From Octopus vulgaris (Eukaryota), in the NCBI GenBank assembly GCA_951406725.2, contig OX597814.1:149358001-149422000 (forward strand): 64,000 bases of DNA. The letters run 5' to 3'. Within the stretch, counting starts at the first letter, position 1. Every line of letters begins with the position of its first letter. The notes beneath the pieces are model-generated. The model was not told where the DNA came from, searched no databases, and worked only from the letters and a program-made list of their open reading frames with translations. The position numbers and the translations under genes were made by a program. Of this stretch, positions 55,762 through 64,000 are shown piece after piece.

Positions 55762-55826
55762 GCGTAGTGGTTAAGAGCGCGGGCTACTAAACCCAAAATT
55801 TCGAGTTCGATTCCAGGCAGTGACCT
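55762..55826 (+). ncRNA. tRNA-like Pol III head (right arm)
   Basis: GCGTAGTGGTTAAGAGCGCGGGCTACTAA...GAGTTCGATTCCAGG; acceptor stem incomplete. Confidence 0.75.
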
Positions 55827-55827
55827 A

Positions 55828-55900
<73 letters not shown>

Positions 55901-55901
<1 letters not shown>

Positions 55902-56612
55902 GGACCACCTAATCTCTGGATGTAAAGTCTTAGCTCCAGTGGAGTATAAATTAAGACATGACAGAGTTGGCCAATATCTACACTGGCTAATAAGTCGGCA
56001 TTACAATATCAAAACTGCCGACAAGTGGTATAATCACCACCCTGAGGCTGTAACTGAAGGAGAAAATGTAACCATTCTGTGGGACTTTCCAGTACATACA
56101 GACCGAACCATCAAGGCCAATAAACCAGATATTGTTGTGAAAGACCAAAACAATAAAGTTTGCTTATTGATCGACATGAGCATCACCTGTGATCATAATA
56201 TCTCAGCGAAAGAGTTTGACAAGCTCAGAAAATATAAAGACCTACTCATTGAAATTGAGAAAATGTGGCATCTCAAGGCGGTTACAATACCAGTGATCGT
56301 AGGAGTACTAGGAATGATCAAGAAGGGAACCGAAAATTATATGAGAATGATCCCTGGCTTACCATCCCTGCAAGAAGTGCAAAAGATTGTCTTAACTGGT
56401 ACATCACACGTATTGAGAAGAGCATTGTCGATGTGAGAACTGTTGCTGCTCATGTATTTTAATTTAACTTAAAAAAAAAATAAATAAATAAAATGAACGA
56501 ACTATTGAGTTTGGTTTAATGGCCTACCAATGTATACTATGAGTTTCTTTGCCCTAGGAGTCGGGAAGACACTCGGCAAGAAATGGAAGCAAATTTGAAA
56601 GAAGAAAAAAAA

Positions 56613-56613
<1 letters not shown>
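55901..56613 (+). mobile_element. 5'-truncated R4/Dong non-LTR retrotransposon inserted in (TAA)n
   Basis: (AAT)n on both sides; RLE ORF followed by 3'UTR and A tail. Confidence 0.9.
55903..56436 (+). CDS. R4/Dong C-terminal restriction-like endonuclease (open frame, 5' truncated)
   Basis: HLISGC, RHDRV, ILWD, KPDIVV, LIDMS, KLRKY, VIVGVLG. Confidence 0.9.
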   Translation, partial: DHLISGCKVLAPVEYKLRHDRVGQYLHWLISRHYNIKTADKWYNHHPEAVTEGENVTILWDFPVHTDRTIKANKPDIVVKDQNNKVCLLIDMSITCDHNISAKEFDKLRKYKDLLIEIEKMWHLKAVTIPVIVGVLGMIKKGTENYMRMIPGLPSLQEVQKIVLTGTSHVLRRALSM

Positions 56614-56670
<57 letters not shown>

Positions 56671-56725
56671 CAACAACAGCGAAAAATGCCTTAGGAATGA
56701 GAACCCAGCTTCGAAATTTCCCCAA

Positions 56726-56771
56726 GACACCTGATGAAGGCTGGAGAATATACCAGCCGAAACTTTGTGTT
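56726..56771 (+). ncRNA. Minimal type-I hammerhead ribozyme (Penelope pLTR-type)
   Basis: GACAC-CUGAUGA-A-GGCUGG(8 nt)CCAGCC-GAAAC-UUU-GUGUU; the sister copy at 55562-55598(-) has GAAAC-GUU but lacks the core. Confidence 0.85.
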
Positions 56772-56974
56772 AACACAAAGAAGATGAGGACAAATGTCAG
56801 TGAAATGTGAATAATGTAAATAACGTACATAATTCCTCATCTCTAAAATATATACTATGCGTATGTGCATGTATGTATGTATGTGTGCGTGTATGTATGC
56901 ATGTATGTATATATGTATGTGTGTATGTATGTTCATGTAGGCGCAGAAGTGGCTGTGTGGTAAGTAGCTTGCTT

Positions 56975-58936
56975 TCTTCCTACTGCGCATGAGTCGTTGT
57001 GTTGTGCGTATCACTGAAGGAGATAGCTAGTAAAAAAGTTGCCTAGCTGTAAGGTAAGGCTTTTGTTTTTTTTGTGTCCAGTGGGGGTTGTTGTTTGTGG
57101 TAATATTTTTTACAAGCACGGAGTCCTCACTGGATTCTGGACTTAGTCTGCCTGTAGTTGGGATAAGACTGTTTACATTAAGTGAATATTTTTTCTCATT
57201 GTGAAAAGTGTTGTTTGGTAGGTGTGTCTCGCCACCAAAATTTGTGAAAATTTTATAAAATTCATGGAGGAATTTTCTGTGTTCCTACTTCTAGACCTGG
57301 AGTACCTGATTGGAGTACCAAGTTGTGAAAAACCTGTCGGCCAGGATTACCAGAGGCCGGAAGAGTATTTGCCGTGATTTGAAATGTCTTCCTTCGTTCT
57401 TTTACTCTACTCTGTCTTTCTTTTCTTATTTTGTGATTTTGACTCTGTTTGGACTTTTGGTTGAACATTTTTGGACTGTCCTTTCTTTTCTGAAAACATG
57501 GCAAAAAAGATAAACACTTCATTGGAGTAGGAGATTGTGCCCCCCAAGCAGTGGGTAAAAGACTTCAACGAGAGAGCGGTGGTGTTGTGTACGTATTTCA
57601 AGTCTCTCGACACCATCACTGTTCTCTCAATTTGAGATAGAGAAAGAGTTGGCACAATAACTGCCAACAATTAAATTTATTGCAAGGGGTGTCAAATATT
57701 CAATGGTGTGGTTACTATTTAACATCCCTGAGGAGGTGGCAATTTTGCGAGTCAGCCATTAGAAGGGCAAAAGATTCTGTTTCTTCCCACAAATGGAAGG
57801 AAGAAAGTAACAAGAGTTTGGGTATGTGGGCTGCCACTCCCGATAGAGCCCGAGTGGATGGAAGACACTATCCGCGGGGGTCTGGGTGGCAGTGGAGCCA
57901 GGCTCCTCAATGTGAAAATGTTGCCTGCGGCTGATTGCGTTGGGTCAAAAGCTGTTTTGATCCTGTGGATCGAGTCAGCCAAGTGTCTGGTTATGCCAGA
58001 TGTTTTAAAATGGCCGGGTGCAGGGACCAGGTGATTCTTGAGGGACGCCCCTTCCCCCACCAAGTGTCGAACCTGGCCACATCAAAATGAACTGTTCTCA
58101 GGACCAGAGTAAGGTCCTGGAGCAGTTAGTTGTAGAAGAACCCCCTCCTCTTCCCCCTCCTCCGGAAGGAGAGTGTGAAGGTAGGGGAGGAGAGAAAGAC
58201 CTCCCCCGAAAAAAAGGGGAGGAAAAGGAAGAAGCGGAGCAACAATGGTTGCTCGGCGAGGGATCCTAAAGTTGCGGGAGGGAACGAGGTTTCTCTGGTC
58301 ATGGTGAAGGAGCCAACCCCTCCCGCATCAAAGACAAAAAAGAAGAGGAGAAAAAAGAATGGGACAGTGCCTATGGTCTGCAATGTACTGCCGGCATGTC
58401 CCGAGGCCTCGTCGATGGGAATTGTGCCACCGACCGAGGAAGCTGTGATCCCTCCCAGTGAAAATAATGACGAATATGTGGTCTTCTATCTCAATATGAG
58501 GGGCTATGATAACTTTGTAGAAAGTTGTCTTGAAGGTCGGGAACTGATGGACGCGACCTGTATTGATAGTCAATATTAGCCTCTGCAGGTGTCTGCGCTG
58601 GTAATGGAAGAAAGAGATTTTTTTCCAAATAATGGATTCCTTGCTGTTGCAGGATTGCCTGCAGGCGGCAAGAGAATTGATCAGGGATGGTTGAAAAGAG
58701 ACTTAGCGTCTCAATTTATGTAAGAGTTTCATTACCTCGTTTATGTGTGTTTTTTTTTGTTGAAAAAGAAAAAAAGAAAACTGAATGAACAGTGTTCTCG
58801 AGGGGCTTCGATCGGCGAGCGTCGTTTTGCTCCTCTCATTAATATCATATTTCGCTTATTATTTCATCTCATTAATGTAAATGTCCAGCCCGCAGCTACA
58901 TCTGTGTAATGCCCTTGTGGCAAATTCAATGAATAA
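56975..58936 (+). mobile_element. ORF1-only (HAL1-like) retroelement with 13-bp TSD
   Basis: TSD AAGTAGCTTGCTT (56962, 58937); ends in AATAAA; single decayed gag-like ORF. Confidence 0.75.
57498..58720 (+). pseudogene. Decayed L1/Tx1-type ORF1-like protein with zinc-knuckle remnant
   Basis: MAKK..; VTRVWVCGLPLPIEPEW; VILEGRP..KC..PGHIKMNC; Pro-rich and basic tail. Confidence 0.6.
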
Positions 58937-59390
58937 AAGTAGCTTGCTTATTAACCACATGGTTCTGGATTCAGTCCCACTGCGTGGCACCTTGAACAAG
59001 TATGTCCTACTATAGCCTCGTGACGACCAAATCTTTGTGAGTGGATTTGGTAGACGGAAGCTGAAAGATGGAAGATGGAATATACTAGAATTTATTATTA
59101 ATCACAACAATTCGTTTTATTATCCATTGTATGCCCATGTATGTATATGTATATATTTGTGTGTCTGTGTTTGTCCCACCACCATCGCTTGACAACCGAT
59201 GTCGGGTAATTATGCCCCTGTAACTTAGCGGTTCGGCAACAGAGACTGATAGTATAAGTACTAGGTTTACAAAGAATAAATCCTGGGGTCGATTTGTTCG
59301 ATTAATAGTGGTGCTCCAAAATGACCGCAGTCAAATGACGGCAACAAATAAAGAAATAAATGAATAAAAGAATACACACACACAGTGATG

Positions 59391-59691
59391 TTTGTTCCTT
59401 CTCGAGCCACGCCTGGCTCATAAGGGCCGGTTTCTCGGTTTCCTTGGCGTATAGGTTCCCCACCTGGACGGGACGCCGGTCCGTCGCATGTGAGCTGCAA
59501 GATGCAGGAGGAAAGAGTGAGAGAAAGTTGTGGCGAAAGAGTCAGCAGAAGTTCGCCATTACTTCTGCCGGAACCGCGTGGAGCTTAGGTGTTTCGCTCA
59601 TAAGCACACACATCACCCGGTCCGAGATTCGAACCCGCGATCTCTCGACCGCGAGTCTACTGCTCTAACCACTAGGCCATGTGCCTCCACT
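59391..59691 (-). mobile_element. Young tRNA-SINE (family C, V-domain-like body) with 13-bp TSD
   Basis: A box TGGCCTAGTGG, B box GGTTCGAATC; TSD ACACACAGTGATG at 59378 and 59692. Confidence 0.92.
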
Positions 59692-59724
59692 ACACACAGT
59701 GATGGACGCTCGATAGCTAGAGAT

Positions 59725-59883
59725 AGCTATTCTGTATACCGCTAGCGGGGGCGAATCACTGCTACCTCTAGATGTAGAGCGTACATCACTGACAAGAGCA
59801 AGGAAGGTCAAAATCTCTTGATCCGATGGTCTCCACGCTGGAAGTAGCGAGAGTTTGCCTCCCAGCTAGCGATATAAACAAGA
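59725..59883. repeat. Imperfect hairpin / MITE-like inverted repeat
   Basis: cgctagcgggggcgaatcactgctac...caagag vs ctcttg...gtagcgagagtttgcctcccagctagcg. Confidence 0.65.
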
Positions 59884-60857
59884 GTGTATTTCGCACCAGA
59901 AACCAGTATGAGAGTTCCTCTCACGGTAACTACTGTAGTGTAATTTTTTTCAAACAGAACATCAACGTTTAAGTGGGAATAAATATTAACTCAAGAGCAA
60001 TAATACAGCTTTACGTTTAACCAAATTATAATTAAAAAATATAATGTCAGTTGCTATAGTAGTAGTTACAACCACTACAAGTAGTAAGATTATCATCACC
60101 CCGGAAACCAAAGCAGGCATTTCCATCTGTTCTCTATCACACAAACACACACACATACACTCACCTTCTCTTTCTCTCTCTCTCACTCACTCCACCCTTC
60201 TCTATTTATCATTACCTTCGCTGATATAGTTACCATGACTACCAGAGTTGTTCATATTGAGATATTGTCTTGAATGTGACCGAAATATTACATTAAATCA
60301 TACAACATTAATATTATGATATTTCAAATTTACGACTAAATGGTTTAATATATTGAGCTTATTGTAACGTCTTGAAATTAAGCTAAAGTATAACAGTCAT
60401 GTTCAGACTCAAAGTGACTTAATCAAATTAATTTCATCTTTGATTACACTACCAAATGAACGTTTCAATGTCACACTCACAACAACAAACAAAATAGAAG
60501 TCCAAACTATAAATTCGGTGAATTATAGATAATAGAAATAATTAATCGGTCAAATATTCTACACTCTCACTTCCAGCCTTCTCATATACATTGGAAAAGC
60601 GATTGAAATCAAGTAGTTAGGTTAGATTTCCTGTATATCAGAATAATATGTATAGACAGATCAAATATTGACAGCACCGAATTGGGTGAGACGATAGAGC
60701 ACGGTATAGATGACATTGTGGTATTTGGTTCAGCTGCTTTCTGCTAAGATGTCAACTTCGCTTTCAATTTTTCTGGTTTGATAAAATACCCCTCCTGTTC
60801 AAGAAACTAGTTTTATATCTTTGTCTCTTTCCCATTATGTCTTTCTCTCTGTATCCC

Positions 60858-60896
<39 letters not shown>

Positions 60897-61081
60897 CTCT
60901 TCCATAGCACAAACTGGTTGTGACCAAACTCTAAGAAAACTGGGGTCAGTTGGGTTTAGAAACGCGCAAGATACATTGTCATGATAACGCAATTCACAAT
61001 AATATACGGGGCCAAAACAAGTCGTATCATGTGGCGGTAAGCATAACTGTCCTCTCTTTCTCTCTTTCTCTCTCAGTATAC

Positions 61082-61358
61082 ATGTATGTATGTATGTATG
61101 TATGTATGTATGTATGTATGTATGTATGTATGTATGTATGTATGTATGTATGTATGTATGTATGTATGTATGTATGTATGTATGTATGTATGTATGTATG
61201 TATGTATGTATGTATGTATGTATGTATGTATGTATGTATGTATGTATGTATGTATGTATGTATGTATGTATGTATGTATGTATGTATGTATGTATGTATG
61301 TATGTATGTATGTATGTATGTATGTATGTATGTATGTATGTGTGTATGTATGTATGTA
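61082..61358. repeat. (ATGT)n microsatellite, ~275 bp
   Basis: Seen directly. Confidence 0.97.
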
Positions 61359-61359
61359 C

Positions 61360-61625
61360 AGAGGTGTATGGCTTAGAGCCTAGGTTGTTGCACTCAGGAT
61401 CGCTAAATCGCGGGTTCAATTCCCAGATCCGGCGGCGCGTTGTAATCTTGAGCGAAACACTTTCTTTCACGTTGCTCCAGTCCCTCTTTCTATCAGAGAT
61501 GAGGAATGTTGGCCTGCTCGCCTAGCCAGCGAAGTGGCGTCATTCGAAGACTAAAACGATGCGAAGCGCATTGCAACCGGCAATGCGTAACAACATCTAC
61601 TTGTCTGATCAGTTACGTGGTAACG
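61360..61625 (+). mobile_element. tRNA-SINE (family D)
   Basis: B box GGGTTCAATTCCC followed by ttgagcgaaacact, as in family C. Confidence 0.7.
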
Positions 61626-61984
61626 AGATATATATCTATATGTATATTATTTATATTATTATATGATTGAACACTACGCATGCTCTTCCAAGTAAGTTTT
61701 ATCTTAAAAATTCTGATGCGCACTCTATACTGTATTTTTACGCTTTCATTTTTCTCTTATTATTTTACCTCCTCCTCTCCCACTACTCTATCCTATTACT
61801 CTGTCACTCTCTCTCTCCCTCACTCCTCCTGCCTTGCTCACGTAGCTCGCACTTGACCATCAGCCATCTTTCCTTCTTCTCCTAATTTGTGTTTCTTTCT
61901 TTCTCTACGATGTAGCTGGAAAAAGGAAGACGTGTTCTTGTCTATATCCTGCCCAAGCTCTATTTATGACTTCGCCACCACTAC

Positions 61985-62240
61985 CTCGTTTAAACTTAGC
62001 ACTTCCTGTTTGTTTTCAATGACCTGATTGTGTTACAAATTTTGGCCCGCCACAAAATCCCAAATTTTATTTGATTTGTTTTGTAGGAGCAACTGTTTTA
62101 TCGAAAGCGTATTTTGTTGTTAAATACTCGAAATACAAGAGTAGAAAAACAGCTAACAACTGATGGAGGGTCGTTCTTTACGTTCTTTGCCTTGTTTTCC
62201 ATTTATATGTCTTTCGTTGTTCGAAAAAATAGTTCATATT
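61985..62240. repeat. Dispersed repeat of unknown class, copy 2
   Basis: Homologous to 14925-15180. Confidence 0.8.
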
Positions 62241-62297
62241 CAATGTACTCGTACCACGTATTTTTGTTGAGCACGTCTCGTGACGTCTTGTGCCTAC

Positions 62298-62328
<31 letters not shown>

Positions 62329-62371
62329 CGTATAGATGTAAGTATGTACATATACGTATGTATATATATAC

Positions 62372-62460
<89 letters not shown>

Positions 62461-62522
62461 AAATTCAGGGTGAATACTTGATAAGTGTAAGCACTTGGAA
62501 GTCTTTGGTATAGCAATTGCAT

Positions 62523-62614
62523 GCGGCTGAAGAGAGCTTTAAACCATCTGTTATGTCGATTATACATTGATGTAAGAATAGGTTGTTGTATAAAGCTTGA
62601 AACACGTGTACCGC
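62523..62614 (+). ncRNA. Type-I hammerhead ribozyme with intact core and long stem II
   Basis: GCGG-CUGAAGA-GAGCUUUA...UAAAGCUU-GAAA-CACGUG-UA-CCGC. Confidence 0.85.
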
Positions 62615-63020
62615 GACATCCTTTGTGCTCTGTTTTTTATTTCAGTTGATGCATATATATATATATATATATAAATCACGTGTAGGTGTGTGTGTGTAAG
62701 CTAAAACACCACATGAGTCAGTAAATCCGAACTATCATTAAATATTAGGAAACCAAGCTCTGAAAGTAAATTTAACGAATGTGAACTCATTCTGTTTATG
62801 CTTTCGATATGCAAAAAACAGTAGCAGATTTTTCTGACTTACCCAATTTTTTTTCTCCTCGGTCTATAGCATGAAACATTTAACCTCTATTTTCCTGTCA
62901 TTAATTAAACTGTTACTTTAGTGCATAGCCTGCTTCATATATGTGTGTCTTTGGTTTGCATATTTGTATTTAACTTGTACACACAAATATATTTCCACCC
63001 ATCCCTCCATCCATCCATCA

Positions 63021-63021
<1 letters not shown>

Positions 63022-63051
<30 letters not shown>

Positions 63052-63077
63052 CATACATACATACATACATACATACA

Positions 63078-63111
<34 letters not shown>

Positions 63112-63141
63112 CATACATGTATGCATACATACTTACATACA
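63022..63141. repeat. (TACA)n microsatellite
   Basis: Seen directly. Confidence 0.95.
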
Positions 63142-64000
63142 TCCTGCAGGTCTACAGTGAACTCCATAAGAATCATTCATTTCGCGATGACCGCCCATGT
63201 GAATCCAGAAATTCAAATATTTCAACAGAGGCCAACAAGGGAGATATTCTGCGTAGCACAAAATATTTGTGTATGAGTACGTTGAAAAAGTTGTATGAAG
63301 TGTAGCTTTTGGAAGGACTCGCACTGCAGCGTAATGTCTGTATTTCGCAAACACATGACAAGAGATAGCAACAAATATGTAATGAAGAAATGAGACAGCG
63401 AATCCCTTAAAATACCAAAATACAAACACAATTGACGTTTATGTCACTCTTCAAGACAGAACATAGAACTTTTAATCAGAAGCCGCCAAAGTTGTCATCG
63501 AGATATTACCTCCAGCTATGAGATGCTGTTGTTGAAACCAAGCGCATCGTTACGTGCAGAAACAAAAAAGTGCACTAGGATTAACTTGAATCACACCTAT
63601 ACGAAAACTTTCCAGAAGTTTATCAATTAAATATATATGAGCATGTCTATATATGCAATAATATGCATGAGAATACATACATAAAGCATACAAATCTGCA
63701 CATACATACATACATACATACAAAAATACCCCGTTGTTGATGTTAAATTTGGTCTAGGTTAGAAACCGGTTCTTTATCGGCAAGAAATCTTGAAATCTTG
63801 AAATATACATATATATATATGTTTCGAAAAATATACACCCTCATTGAGGTAAGCTATCCTACTGATGTGAATATCACTTTGAAGATCAAATAGAAAACAG
63901 TTAACTATGGACGACTACTTCTAAGCCGCCAGGTTCAATATCCGGATTACAAATTCACAATGATACCAATAATAATTAGAGCACTTAGTTTTGTAAGTAA

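Larger units (their letters stand above)
55503..56850. mobile_element. Head-to-head fold-back element: [tRNA head-(AAT)n-HHR tail] x2, right arm split by Dong
   Basis: Left arm 55503-55748 (-) is the reverse complement of 55762-55830 plus ~56670-56830 (+). Confidence 0.85.
56939..59372 (+). mobile_element. Family-A tRNA-SINE split by a ~2-kb insertion
   Basis: Head 56939-56974; body resumes at 58937 and matches 3550-3991. Confidence 0.88.

Noticed and set aside
55684-55826. Functional tRNA gene pair
   Set aside because: Acceptor stem does not close, there is no oligo-T terminator, and it is embedded in a repeat; treated as tRNA-derived heads
58087-58579. Host gene exon with a basic/proline-rich ORF
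   Set aside because: Lies within the TSD-bounded retroelement and continues its frameshifted ORF1

Overview
AT-rich, microsatellite-dense eukaryotic DNA that looks intronic or intergenic, with no intact host gene. The SINE families present resemble those of coleoid cephalopods (Octopus-like); this is inferred from pattern recognition, not from a search. Most ORF-track entries are microsatellite artefacts. The window is mostly transposon remnants: an internally deleted Helitron with both termini, three mariner derivatives, a Neptune-type Penelope RT/GIY-YIG element, R4/Dong, RTE, CR1 and Tx1 LINE fragments, many tRNA-SINEs, a 5S-derived copy and several MITE or hairpin elements. The most notable signals are: (1) at least five dissimilar short elements carrying type-I minimal hammerhead ribozyme (HHR) motifs, one with an intact core; (2) a head-to-head fold-back element made of a tRNA head, (AAT)n and an HHR, interrupted by a Dong insertion; (3) an ORF1-only HAL1-like retroelement with a 13-bp target-site duplication (TSD) inside a SINE head. 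All coordinates were read by eye and may be off by a few bases.
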